Positions 46,756-56,294 are shown, counted from the stretch's first letter. The stretch is 61,189 nucleotides of DNA from Candidatus Coprosoma intestinipullorum (GCA_018713045.1 DVFV01000096.1:1-61189), one strand, 5' to 3'. A program made the numbers and translations. The notes: a model not told the origin generated them from the sequence alone.

Positions 46756-47610
46756 ATGAATAATTGTTTACCAGACCGAATACAACAAATTCTTGAAGAA
46801 GGAAAACGCTGTCAAGCAAAACTTCCTGTTCAAGGACCGACGGGACCTACTGGACCAACTGGACCAGCTACTGTTGCTGTCGGCTTAACCACTACAAGTA
46901 CTCCTGGAACAGCTGCTACCGTTACTAATACCGGAACTAATCAAGCTGCCGTTCTTAACTTTTCTATCCCAGCCGGTGCCACTGGAGCTACTGGTCCGAC
47001 TGGAGCAACTGGCGCAACTGGTCCTACTGGAGCAACTGGAGCATCAGGGCCTACTGGACCGACTGGAGCCACCGGAGCAACCGGACCTGCCGGAACTGGC
47101 GCAACCGGTGCATCTGGACCTACAGGTCCAACTGGGGCAACCGGACCAACTGGGGCAACTGGCCCTACCGGAACTGGCGCCACCGGACCTACTGGACCAA
47201 CCGGAGCTGCTGTTACCTTTACAATTGGTACTGTTACAACCGGTACACCTGGAAGTAACGCTGCCGCAACCATCACTGGAACAGCGCCTAACTTATTCTT
47301 AAATCTTACTATTCCAGCTGGAGCCACTGGAGCTACTGGTGTTGGTGCGACTGGACCAACCGGAGCTACTGGTCCGACTGGAGCAACTGGTGCCTCTATT
47401 ACTGGTCCAACCGGCGCATCTGGACCTACTGGACCAACTGGCGCATCTGGGGCAACAGGAGCATCTGGAGCTACTGGACCTGCCGGGGCAACTGGGCCTA
47501 CTGGACCTGCTGGTGCCACCGGGCCAACTGGAGCCGCTGGTGCTGTTGGAGCCACCGGACCGACGGGACCTACTGGACCTACTGGACCTACTGGACCAAC
47601 TGGACCATAA
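46756..47610 (+). CDS. Collagen-like triple-helix-repeat protein (GPT/GAT repeats, BclA-like)
   Basis: RBS AAGGAGG. A 37-aa N-terminal region is followed by [11 protein letters not shown]. Long G-x-T arrays are interrupted by two segments that lack the glycine repeat. The protein ends in GPTGP with no globular C-terminal domain. Confidence 0.8.
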   Translation: MNNCLPDRIQQILEEGKRCQAKLPVQGPTGPTGPTGPATVAVGLTTTSTPGTAATVTNTGTNQAAVLNFSIPAGATGATGPTGATGATGPTGATGASGPTGPTGATGATGPAGTGATGASGPTGPTGATGPTGATGPTGTGATGPTGPTGAAVTFTIGTVTTGTPGSNAAATITGTAPNLFLNLTIPAGATGATGVGATGPTGATGPTGATGASITGPTGASGPTGPTGASGATGASGATGPAGATGPTGPAGATGPTGAAGAVGATGPTGPTGPTGPTGPTGP

Positions 47611-47629
47611 TAAAACAAAACAAAGTAGA

Positions 47630-48076
47630 TTATCCTACTTTGTTTATTTTTTCTTTAACTATTTTACTGACAAAACTCATATCAGCTCTATTTTTAAGCT
47701 TTGGTGTAAGCTCTTTCATAACCTTTCCCATTTCTTTACTTGAAGTTGGATTAACTTCGGCAAACACTTCATCGACAATCTTCATTACCTCATCCTCTGA
47801 AAAAGGTTTAGGTAAATATTCCTCTAATATTTTAATCTCGTCAGAAGCTTGCTTAATCAAATCATCACGGCCACCCTTTTCAAACTCGGCAATTGAATCT
47901 CTTCTACTTTTAATCTCTTTAGAAATAACATCCATTACCTCGTCATCGCTAAGTTCATGACCCTTATCAAGTTCAGCCATCTGCATTGAACCCTTAACAA
48001 GTCTTATTACAGCAAGCCTTTCCTTATCTTTGCTTTTCATAGCCTCTTTTAAATCATTTAAAATTTGTTCACGCAT
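47630..48076 (-). CDS. yqeY: GatB/YqeY-domain protein
   Basis: REQILNDLKEAMKSKDKERLAVIRLVKGSMQ pattern. Sits next to rpsU, as it does in Bacillus. Confidence 0.8.
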   Translation of the reverse strand: MREQILNDLKEAMKSKDKERLAVIRLVKGSMQMAELDKGHELSDDEVMDVISKEIKSRRDSIAEFEKGGRDDLIKQASDEIKILEEYLPKPFSEDEVMKIVDEVFAEVNPTSSKEMGKVMKELTPKLKNRADMSFVSKIVKEKINKVG

Positions 48077-48114
48077 CAATATCAAACCCTTTCAAAAAAG
48101 TCCTGTTAAAGGAC

Positions 48115-48312
48115 TTAGTTATATCTGTTTTCTCTTGCGTTTCTTCTTCTTGTGTTAATAATGCCTTCTTTTTTGGCATTTCTTCTTTTAACTCCAGGCT
48201 TTAAATATCCTTGAGTTCTTTCTTTTAGTTTTGCACGGGAGCCATCTTTATCAACTTTTAATTTTCTAAGCGCGCCTTCAACATTACCACTGTGAACCAT
48301 TACCTTTGTCAT
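48115..48312 (-). CDS. rpsU: 30S ribosomal protein S21
   Basis: RBS AAGGGAGGG then ATG at 48312. 65 aa, basic (KRRNAKKEGIINTRRRNARENR). Confidence 0.8.
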   Translation of the reverse strand: MTKVMVHSGNVEGALRKLKVDKDGSRAKLKERTQGYLKPGVKRRNAKKEGIINTRRRNARENRYN

Positions 48313-48384
48313 AAAAATCCCTCCCTTCTTCAAACTAAGTTAATTATAACATGCAAGCATGACCATTTCAAGAAAAATCGGCGA

Positions 48385-48416
48385 AAACAAAAGAAAAAGT
48401 GACAAATTTCACTCTT
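48385..48416 (-). terminator. Rho-independent terminator after the bacteriocin genes
   Basis: Minus strand reads AGTGA-AATTTG-TCACT followed by TTTTCTTTTGTTTT. Confidence 0.5.
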
Positions 48417-48425
48417 TCTTATAGT

Positions 48426-48587
48426 TTAAACATCACACATCTTGCCGGAAACAGCCCTTCTAATAGCCGAACCTAATGCTTTACCAAGATCGACTATTAC
48501 TGAAAAGCCCTTGACAACCGCGTTGATAAGACTTGCCGATATACTGCCACCATAAACGTTCAAAAGTTCATTCTTGTTTAGTTTCAT
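48426..48587 (-). CDS. Double-glycine-leader class II bacteriocin precursor, peptide B (53 aa, below the ORF-track cutoff)
   Basis: Hand translation: MKLNKNELLNVYGG/SISASLINAVVKGFSVIVDLGKALGSAIRRAVSGKMCDV. ATGA overlap with peptide A. Confidence 0.7.
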   Translation of the reverse strand: MKLNKNELLNVYGGSISASLINAVVKGFSVIVDLGKALGSAIRRAVSGKMCDV

Positions 48588-48718
48588 TTATTGCACGCCA
48601 CCGGATTAAAAATTCCATCGACAATTCCAATCAAAAAGCCAGCCGCTGCCGCAATAATCCAGGCAATCCCTGAACCGCCTCCTCTAACCATTAAAAGTTC
48701 ATTCTTACTTAATAACAT
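48584..48718 (-). CDS. Double-glycine-leader class II bacteriocin precursor, peptide A (44 aa, below the ORF-track cutoff)
   Basis: Hand translation: MLLSKNELLMVRGG/GSGIAWIIAAAAGFLIGIVDGIFNPVACNK. TAATG overlap with the exporter stop. Confidence 0.7.
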   Translation of the reverse strand: MLLSKNELLMVRGGGSGIAWIIAAAAGFLIGIVDGIFNPVACNK

Positions 48719-50730
48719 TAAACTCTCCTTTCATAAGTTAAAATTTTACCATCGTTTATTTCGACCAACCTATCGAATAAATCTAAATTATCACGTCTGT
48801 GTGACACATAAATTATCGTTTTATTTTTGTATCTTTCCAAAAGACCCTTAATAATCCTTCTTTCCATATTTACATCGACCTCACTGAGACCCTCATCGAT
48901 AATTAAAATATTAAAATTATTTAAAGCTCTTGCTAAAATAATTCGCTGACGCTGACCACCTGACAAATTAAAACCATTCTCTTCGAGTAGATCATCGTAT
49001 TCTAATCCAATATCTTTAATCTCGCAAATATCTCTTTGGTCATACTTACCCAAAAGCTCTAAATTATCCTTAAGCGTTCCCGTAAAAATAGTTTCCTTCT
49101 GACAAATATAATTTATTCCAGAAACATTAAGTTGCCTTATATCTTTATTTCCGATAAAAATCTTACCTTGATAGTCATTGTAAAAACCTTTAAGAATCTT
49201 AAATAAAGTACTTTTGCCACTGCCACTCTTGCCAGTTACCATTACCTTTTCACCTTGCTTAATCACTAAAGAAATTCCATCGAGAACCTTCTTCTCATCA
49301 TCAAAACTATAACTAACATTTGTAAACCTTATATCTCCGCGAATTTGTTTTCTGATTTTCTTCTGCTTATTGTAATTTAAAAGTTCACTCACGTGTTTAA
49401 CCGCCGATGTAACCTCTTTGACCTCTAAATCAAAGCCCAAAATATTTCTAAAATTATCTAAAAAATAAATAGCTAAAATAAATAAAGTCACACCCTCTGA
49501 GAAAACCATGCCTTTTGAAATTTCCAAAAAAATGTAAATAATTAAGAAGAAAAGACCAAAATAATGAACTATTTCCTTATCTAAACTTTGCTTATTATAA
49601 GTTATATCGACATCCTTAACAGTAGATAAATATTTCTCATAAACCTTTCTGAATTTACTTATTACCATTCCTTCCATATCCAAATTCTTCACGCTCTCAA
49701 AACCACCAATTCTCTCCGTCATATAAGAATTGACAAAAGCTTTTTCGTAAAGAGCCTGATCTACCTTTATTTCGTTCTTTCGAAAATAATAAACAAAATC
49801 CAAAAAATAAAGCAAACAAATAAACAAAACAATCAATAAAGCTCCAAAATTTAAATAAGCCATTACTAAAAATATCATTATCATAATTGGTAAATTAGTA
49901 AAAATAGCAATCGACACATCCATGATAAACTCTCTTATCCAAAACAGATCGTTAAAATAACTTGTAATCTCGCCAGTTGTCCTTTGCCGAAAAAAACGAT
50001 ATGGGAGATGAACAATCTTCTTAAAAGTATCTATCGATAACCTGCTATCGATTTCTCTATTAAGTTTTATGAGCCTTGAATTTCTAAAAAACTTAAGAAA
50101 AGCATAAGCCAAAAATACAACTAAGAAAATCCCACACACATCAAACAAACCATCAAAATCCTTATTTAAATAATTGATTAAAACTTGTAAAAAGAACGAA
50201 GTAACAACTGCCAAAACACTGACGACAAAAGAAAGTCCACCAATTAAAATTAAGGATTTAACATTTGGCCTAACTAATTTCAAAACAAACGGGATAACCT
50301 TAGGCTCTTCTTCTTTAATAAGTTTTCGTACCGGCTTAATAGTAATAATAACCCCAGTCCACATTTTTTTAAACTCATCAAAACTTAGTCTTCTCAGTCC
50401 AAAACTAGGATCACCTATTAATAACCGTCTTCGCCGAAAATCCACCTCGTATATCACCACATAGTGTTTGTAGGAGTCGTTTATTATTACATGGGCGATA
50501 ACCGGAAGTGGAAAATAAAAGTTTTTAAACTTTCGGCCTTCAGCTTTAAACCCAAGCTCTTGTAGTGCGAGAACCAAATGATAAGCATCTGTCCCTTTAT
50601 GACTCGTTCTCATCATCTCATTTAATTTTGTCATACTCGTGTATCCTCCATAGTACTTCAAAATCATCTGCACACACGCACTCGCACAGTCCTTTATTCC
50701 ATCTTGCTTTACAAACGGATACTTTTTCAT
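48718..50730 (-). CDS. Bacteriocin-processing ABC exporter with an N-terminal C39 peptidase domain
   Basis: N-terminal VKQDGIKDCASACVQMILKYYGG (catalytic Cys), six TM segments, Walker A GKSGSGKST, signature LSGGQRQR, Walker B ILIIDEG. Confidence 0.85.
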   Translation of the reverse strand: MKKYPFVKQDGIKDCASACVQMILKYYGGYTSMTKLNEMMRTSHKGTDAYHLVLALQELGFKAEGRKFKNFYFPLPVIAHVIINDSYKHYVVIYEVDFRRRRLLIGDPSFGLRRLSFDEFKKMWTGVIITIKPVRKLIKEEEPKVIPFVLKLVRPNVKSLILIGGLSFVVSVLAVVTSFFLQVLINYLNKDFDGLFDVCGIFLVVFLAYAFLKFFRNSRLIKLNREIDSRLSIDTFKKIVHLPYRFFRQRTTGEITSYFNDLFWIREFIMDVSIAIFTNLPIMIMIFLVMAYLNFGALLIVLFICLLYFLDFVYYFRKNEIKVDQALYEKAFVNSYMTERIGGFESVKNLDMEGMVISKFRKVYEKYLSTVKDVDITYNKQSLDKEIVHYFGLFFLIIYIFLEISKGMVFSEGVTLFILAIYFLDNFRNILGFDLEVKEVTSAVKHVSELLNYNKQKKIRKQIRGDIRFTNVSYSFDDEKKVLDGISLVIKQGEKVMVTGKSGSGKSTLFKILKGFYNDYQGKIFIGNKDIRQLNVSGINYICQKETIFTGTLKDNLELLGKYDQRDICEIKDIGLEYDDLLEENGFNLSGGQRQRIILARALNNFNILIIDEGLSEVDVNMERRIIKGLLERYKNKTIIYVSHRRDNLDLFDRLVEINDGKILTYERRV

Positions 50731-50794
50731 ATTTTCACCTCCTCATAGATATATATAGTACATCGAAGGCGAATTTCCTTTTAAAAATAAAAAA

Positions 50795-51316
50795 TTACCG
50801 CTTAAAAATTTTAATTTTTTTAAAGCCGTAACTTTTTTCCTTAAATAAATCTAAATTTGTCTTAAAATCATCATACTCATATTCACAAACGACAAGGCCA
50901 CCTTCGTTAAGTAAATCTCTCTCCTCGATTACTCTAAGTGCCTTACCCATAAGACCCTTTCTGTATGGTGGATCCAAAAAAATAATATCGAACTTCTCAT
51001 CCGTTTCCTTTAAAAACTTCTTATAATCGGATTTTATAACCTTAATATCATCATCCATGTTCTTAATATTATCTCTAATTACCTTTATTGCCTCGATATT
51101 ATTATCGACTAGATAAGCTTCTTTTGCCCCATTGCTGATAGCTTCCAAACCTAAAGCTCCACTTCCTGCAAATAAATCCAAAACCCTACTGTCACCGACA
51201 TAACTTTGAATCATTCCAAAAAGTGACTCCTTAACTCTATCCATTGTTGGTCTTGTTCCATCCACCTCAAAACCTTTCAATTTCTTACTACGATATTTCC
51301 CACTAATAATATGCAT
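50795..51316 (-). CDS. rsmD: 16S rRNA (guanine966-N2)-methyltransferase
   Basis: GKYRSKKL..TRPTMDRVKESLF, LDLFAGSGALGLEA and FLDPPY motifs. Confidence 0.85.
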   Translation of the reverse strand: MHIISGKYRSKKLKGFEVDGTRPTMDRVKESLFGMIQSYVGDSRVLDLFAGSGALGLEAISNGAKEAYLVDNNIEAIKVIRDNIKNMDDDIKVIKSDYKKFLKETDEKFDIIFLDPPYRKGLMGKALRVIEERDLLNEGGLVVCEYEYDDFKTNLDLFKEKSYGFKKIKIFKR

Positions 51317-51343
51317 AAAATCACCACATTTATTTTAACACAT

Positions 51344-51565
51344 TTACCTAAAAGTTGCCAAAATTTTCTCCAACATTTCAAAAGTATCAAATGCTTTTGA
51401 AATCTTATCAGCCCGTGTCAACTGATACTCTCTCTTTACCTCTTCTGTAAACTCCTTAAACATTTTAGAATCTCTATTTAAAATCTTATACCAATAAGAG
51501 TGACTCCTTAAGTAGCGCAGATAATATGGATTCTCTTTTATCTTAAATTGTACATCTAAACTCAT
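51344..51565 (-). CDS. YlbE-like protein
   Basis: IKENPYYLRYLRSHSYWYKILNR resembles the YlbE family. Lies in a ylbD-ylbE-rsmD context, as in Bacillus. Confidence 0.5.
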   Translation of the reverse strand: MSLDVQFKIKENPYYLRYLRSHSYWYKILNRDSKMFKEFTEEVKREYQLTRADKISKAFDTFEMLEKILATFR

Positions 51566-51915
51566 CAGTCTTCAAAATGTTTATAAAGAGGTCTAGCCTT
51601 ATAAGTATCTTTAACCTGTGGTGTCTTCTTATTAGACATATCTTGGAGTAACCCTAAAACCCTCTGCATACTATTAACCCCATTTTGAATACTATCCAAA
51701 TCGAGACCTTTGATAAAATTAGCCAAATCAAATCCAGCCGCCGCACTAGCAACTGTTTTACTAGTCTTTAAATAGTCATTCCACACTTCGTTATCTTCAC
51801 CATACATATCATACATCTCGTAAAACTTTTGCCAAGTCATCTTTCCATCCTTAACGTGATTAAGCAAAACAGGATGTTTCTTTACAAAATCTTTAAACTT
51901 TTCTTTTGTTTCCAT
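51565..51915 (-). CDS. YlbD-like (putative coat) protein
   Basis: KEKFKDFVKKHPVLLNHVKDGKMTWQKFYEMYDMYGEDNEVW resembles the YlbD family. Confidence 0.5.
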   Translation of the reverse strand: METKEKFKDFVKKHPVLLNHVKDGKMTWQKFYEMYDMYGEDNEVWNDYLKTSKTVASAAAGFDLANFIKGLDLDSIQNGVNSMQRVLGLLQDMSNKKTPQVKDTYKARPLYKHFED

Positions 51916-51969
51916 ATGTATCACCTATATTAATATATTCAACCCAAACAAAAAAAGTCCATTAAAGAC

Positions 51970-52467
51970 TTACTTTTGAACATAATTTAAATTAATTGCC
52001 AAAGATGAACTTATCGAATCAGGTTGACTTGCCACGTCATTATTATAAATAACTGTAACTGTAAACTTTACCTCTTCTGACGCATCGAGCTCATCACCTT
52101 CACTTATCCCATCAAGGACAAAATTAATAGCTGGATTATTTTCATCGCTCATTTCAATATCATCTAATCTTGCATCGATATCTCCGTTATTTCTAACCGT
52201 TACCTCGTATGTTATAAAATCTCCAGGACTTTGTAATAAAGACTTAAACGATGCCGAAGTCTTAGTATAAACAGGTGGATTCTCGTTACTCGCCCCACCA
52301 TGAATCTCCTTACTTGTAATTCCCGTAATCTCAACATCCCAATTACTTTCGATAGACGCACTACCATTAATTACTAAATTACTATTAAATGCCGCATATC
52401 CTATTGTCATTATACAAAGAGCAAGCAAAAGTAAATGAATAATATTCTTTTTATTTCTCATCATCAC
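51970..52467 (-). CDS. Small secreted protein with a SipW/TasA-type signal peptide
   Basis: N-terminus LLLALCIMTIGYAAFNSNLVINGSASI, then a beta-rich 120-aa body. Confidence 0.5.
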   Translation of the reverse strand: MMMRNKKNIIHLLLLALCIMTIGYAAFNSNLVINGSASIESNWDVEITGITSKEIHGGASNENPPVYTKTSASFKSLLQSPGDFITYEVTVRNNGDIDARLDDIEMSDENNPAINFVLDGISEGDELDASEEVKFTVTVIYNNDVASQPDSISSSLAINLNYVQK

Positions 52468-52518
52468 ACCTCATTACTATAAAAAGTATATCACAAAACA
52501 AAAACAAAAAAAAGAGTT

Positions 52519-53163
52519 CTATTCACTAGAACCCTCACTCATAGAAGCAACTTCTAATTTATTACCATTGTGAATAATAATAAGTTCACCTGAAGTTTGA
52601 TAACCTAAATCATCATCATATTCGATTTCAAAACTCATTCTATAAGCATTTTCATCAGTGTTTTCTCCATAAGTATATGTCTCATTACCCTTGTTTTCAA
52701 CAGTAACCTTAGCTACTACCGGTAAATCTTGATCTCTATCACCATAGACATCACTTTCAACAGATTTATACATTGAATCAGAAGCGTACTTTGAAAAATC
52801 ATTTACATAATCACTATAGACAAACTGTGTCCCACCGACATCGCTTTTACTGATTTTATTATCTAAATTAAAGAAATCCGCTACAAACATTTGAGCAACA
52901 AGTTCAGCATACTTTTCCTCGTCAATATCATCTGCCTCTAAAGTCTTCTTTAACTCCTCAAATAAACTTTTATAGTACTTTGTCGCATTATCCTTTAAAG
53001 TATAATTATAGCCTTCGATTGAATCGACATCTTGTACTTCTTTGGTCGTTTTCTTACCACTTGAAACCTTGTTAAAAGCTAAAACACATCCTCCGATTAC
53101 TACCACTAGCAACAAGAGGAAAATCGTAATCTTTCGAATACTCAGCCTCTTTTTCTTTTTCAT
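52519..53163 (-). CDS. Membrane-anchored hypothetical protein
   Basis: 214 aa with an N-terminal TM. Overlaps the ltaS stop by 4 nt. Confidence 0.5.
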   Translation of the reverse strand: MKKKKRLSIRKITIFLLLLVVVIGGCVLAFNKVSSGKKTTKEVQDVDSIEGYNYTLKDNATKYYKSLFEELKKTLEADDIDEEKYAELVAQMFVADFFNLDNKISKSDVGGTQFVYSDYVNDFSKYASDSMYKSVESDVYGDRDQDLPVVAKVTVENKGNETYTYGENTDENAYRMSFEIEYDDDLGYQTSGELIIIHNGNKLEVASMSEGSSE

Positions 53164-55208
53164 TCTGAACCTCCATTAATAACTTCGTCACTTTCAGTCG
53201 TCTTCTTTATCAAATCGTGAACAATTATATCGTTAGACACTGAAACTTCTTTTTCTGCACGTTGACTATATTTTTCAATATAATCCTTACCGATAACGGC
53301 ATCTTCATCAAGCATTATCGCCTCGTCATTTTGACTATCATAATACATCCTATCAGTTATCCAATTACCATTAGGGAAAACGACAAAATGATCGTCTGTA
53401 CTAAATACATCATGTCCTAATGCATAAGGTGTATCAATTCCCAGCATATTTCCTAAAGTTGGTAAAACATCGTACATTCCAGTAACAGTTGAAACCTCTT
53501 TATTAATCTTCTTTTGTAAATCTTTATCTTTTGTCCAAATGATAAACGGAACCTTACGATTAAGTTCATATTCATATTTCGTAAACTCATCATACCTTGG
53601 ATCATCACTTGAATATTTTGAATCAGTCTCTGGATTATAATTGTAATAATAATCATACTCAGACCTCTTGATTTTTGCATCGTGATCGCCATAAATAACA
53701 AGCACGGTATCATCTAAAAGTCCTTCCTTATCGAGATTATCGACAAGCTCACCAATAGCCTGATCGGCATAATGAACAGTTGTAAAATATTTACCTAAAG
53801 TTGTATCTTTTAAATAATTATTAACAACCTCAGTTTCTTCTCCCGTCTCTGGATCAGTCGTTTTATAAGTATAAGTCAAATCTAAATCTGTCGTATCCTC
53901 AAGCCCTTCAAATGGTGTATGATTAGTAAGCATAATCAAAAGGCCATAATATTTATCATATTTTTTATTAATCTTTTTTATCTTCTGAACAGACTGTCTA
54001 AAGAATGATTTATCAGAAAGACCTAAACCAATCGTCTCATCTATATCGTAATCTTTAGTATAATTATAAAATCTATCGTAACCAAGTTGTTTATGCATTA
54101 CCTCTCTATTCCACATATTTCCTTTATTGGCATGCATGCTAAACACATAATATCCATCATTACTTAAATATTTTTGAATCGAAGGATAATATCTATCCCA
54201 ATAACTTACAAATACTGTCCCGCTACTAGCTGGAAGAAGTGACGTACTATAAGTAAATTCTGAATCACTACTTGTTCCAACACTCTCTTGTGAATAGAAA
54301 TTAGAAAAATACATTCCTTCACTTGCAAGTTTTTTCATATTAGGTGCGAGTTCAACCCCGTTTATTTCTGTGTCCATAACAAAATTTTGAAAACTCTCTG
54401 CATGGATAACAATTATATTTTTACCTTTAAGAATATCTGTATATTCATTATCTTCAGAATCTTGAGGATATTCCTCGTAATATTCTCTAAATTCTTTTGC
54501 TGCTGTATCATAACCAAATAACGGACTTATTTGCGGTTTTAAACTAGCAATCAAATCATTAGATTGATAAACATATATTCCAAACTTCATAACTACATAT
54601 TCTCTATTCCATTGTTTATAAAGACGACTTAAATCTGTACCAGTCAAAGTTGAAATAAATGCTCCTGCAACAATAGCCGCTGCGACTAAACATTTAAGCA
54701 CGCTGATTCTAACTTTTTCTGCAGTTTTAACCTTACTATAATAACCACTTTTTAATAACTTACGATGCGCAAAAATAAGCATTAATGGAGCCCACCAATA
54801 GGCAAAATCCTTAATTTCCATTATTGTTCCAAGTGCATCACTAACCCCAGCTAATTGTAAACTCGTTGCCAAAAGTGAAAACGACGTAAACGAAACGTAA
54901 TTAGTATAATAAATTGAATTAATAAAACATACTAAAGTTAAAATGATTGACCATGTAAAATAATACTTAAATCTATTTTTCGGTTTAAAGAAATAAGCAA
55001 ATGATCCGATAAACAAAACAAAAGCTAAATCAGCTAAAACCGGACTAATAGCCGTAAAATTCTTAACCGTTAAAAATCTAAGTAACGAAGAATTTATAAG
55101 CATCGCAATAATGAATAAAGCAAATAAAATATTGTTCTTAAAAAAGAAAATAGACTTATCTCTTGCGGATGCTAAAATTTTTAAAAATTTATTCCAAAAA
55201 TCTTTCAT
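53160..55208 (-). CDS. ltaS: LtaS-family lipoteichoic acid synthase / sulfatase
   Basis: RBS GAGGTG then MKDFWNK. Five N-terminal TM segments precede an extracellular sulfatase domain (HAESFQNF ... SQESVGTSSDSEF ... YGDHD). Confidence 0.75.
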   Translation of the reverse strand: MKDFWNKFLKILASARDKSIFFFKNNILFALFIIAMLINSSLLRFLTVKNFTAISPVLADLAFVLFIGSFAYFFKPKNRFKYYFTWSIILTLVCFINSIYYTNYVSFTSFSLLATSLQLAGVSDALGTIMEIKDFAYWWAPLMLIFAHRKLLKSGYYSKVKTAEKVRISVLKCLVAAAIVAGAFISTLTGTDLSRLYKQWNREYVVMKFGIYVYQSNDLIASLKPQISPLFGYDTAAKEFREYYEEYPQDSEDNEYTDILKGKNIIVIHAESFQNFVMDTEINGVELAPNMKKLASEGMYFSNFYSQESVGTSSDSEFTYSTSLLPASSGTVFVSYWDRYYPSIQKYLSNDGYYVFSMHANKGNMWNREVMHKQLGYDRFYNYTKDYDIDETIGLGLSDKSFFRQSVQKIKKINKKYDKYYGLLIMLTNHTPFEGLEDTTDLDLTYTYKTTDPETGEETEVVNNYLKDTTLGKYFTTVHYADQAIGELVDNLDKEGLLDDTVLVIYGDHDAKIKRSEYDYYYNYNPETDSKYSSDDPRYDEFTKYEYELNRKVPFIIWTKDKDLQKKINKEVSTVTGMYDVLPTLGNMLGIDTPYALGHDVFSTDDHFVVFPNGNWITDRMYYDSQNDEAIMLDEDAVIGKDYIEKYSQRAEKEVSVSNDIIVHDLIKKTTESDEVINGGSE

Positions 55209-55277
55209 TTTTTCACCTCGGTGTACTTCAAACATTATAGCACATTTCAAAATTAAAAAAAAGTATTTACCAAAACC

Positions 55278-55303
55278 TTTACAATATCTAAAAAGACAGT
55301 TTA
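55278..55303 (-). terminator. Rho-independent terminator downstream of the yihY-like operon
   Basis: Minus strand reads AAGACAGTT-TTA-AACTGTCTT followed by TTTAG. The stem is 9 bp and perfect. Confidence 0.5.
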
Positions 55304-55421
55304 AAACTGTCTTTGCTAAAAATAGCCAGATTACCTTTTAATACTGTCTAGATTTTAACAAAAATCATCAAGTACTAGTAGTCTGAGGGTAAGCATATAC
55401 CAAGGTAAATATATATGCCCA

Positions 55422-56273
55422 TTAACTATTATCTTCATTCTTCTCTTTTTTATTCAAAATTTCCTTATAATTCGCATAAACTGTTGAATTTATCGCAATC
55501 CCTAATGATAAAACAAACGAAATCAAATAAACCCAAATCATTAACATAATAATACCGGAAATACTTCCATAAAATAAAGTATAATTAGCAAAATAATTAA
55601 CGTATAAAGAATATCCCAAAGTAATCAAAATAATACCTATCGTCGCAAAAAGTGCGCCCGCATTCATAAACTTTGACGGTATTCGCGCATCGGGTGCAAC
55701 CGTATAAATGTATTTTAAAACGATAAATATCAAGAAAAATGCAACTGGCCATTTTAAAATCAAGAAGAAATAATATATTTGATCATGAAATGCCGCCAAA
55801 GTCTTTATATCTAAAATCCAACTGACGATAACATTTCCATAAGCCAAAACAATAAATATAAATATAAAAAGCATCAAGAACAAAATTGTCATCAAAAACG
55901 CCTTAATTCTTCTCTTTATATAATCAGCATAAGGTAAATGATATAATTCGTTAGAAGTAACAATCAGAGAATGCGTTCCATTCGAAGCCAAAATAAAGCC
56001 CAAAATCATTACCACTAACGTATTTCCCGTAAGCTGACTATCAGTTACAAACGGTAAAATTACTTCTAAAAAATTACTTGGAATAACTTCCTTTATAACA
56101 GCTAAAAAAGACGAAGAAAAAAGGGAAAATTTTGAACCGATATATCCCAGTAACGTAAACACAGGAAATATTGAAAGTATTAGAAAAAAGGCGAGCTGAC
56201 CAGGTAAAACCTTCATCTCTGGCCTCATTATTAACTTTTCTACCTTCTTAAAATACCTCTTAAAACGTTTCAT
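55422..56273 (-). CDS. YihY/BrkB-family membrane protein
   Basis: 283 aa, polytopic, with a typical N-terminal KRYFKKVEKLIMRPEMKVLPGQLAFFLILSIFP. Confidence 0.65.
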   Translation of the reverse strand: MKRFKRYFKKVEKLIMRPEMKVLPGQLAFFLILSIFPVFTLLGYIGSKFSLFSSSFLAVIKEVIPSNFLEVILPFVTDSQLTGNTLVVMILGFILASNGTHSLIVTSNELYHLPYADYIKRRIKAFLMTILFLMLFIFIFIVLAYGNVIVSWILDIKTLAAFHDQIYYFFLILKWPVAFFLIFIVLKYIYTVAPDARIPSKFMNAGALFATIGIILITLGYSLYVNYFANYTLFYGSISGIIMLMIWVYLISFVLSLGIAINSTVYANYKEILNKKEKNEDNS

Positions 56274-56294
56274 AAAATCCCTTCTTACAGAAAA

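Noticed and set aside
46941-47743. Long ORFs on the opposite strand and in other frames of the collagen-like gene (46941..47618 minus, 46976..47302 plus, 47339..47743 plus)
   Set aside because: These are artefacts of the GGN-CCN-ACN triplet repeat, which stays open in several frames. Only the plus-strand frame starting at 46756 has an RBS, an ATG and a sensible non-repeat N-terminus.
48591-48851. 86-aa plus-strand ORF over the bacteriocin peptide region
   Set aside because: It is antisense to two minus-strand ORFs that have canonical double-glycine leaders and are coupled to the exporter. It has no RBS.
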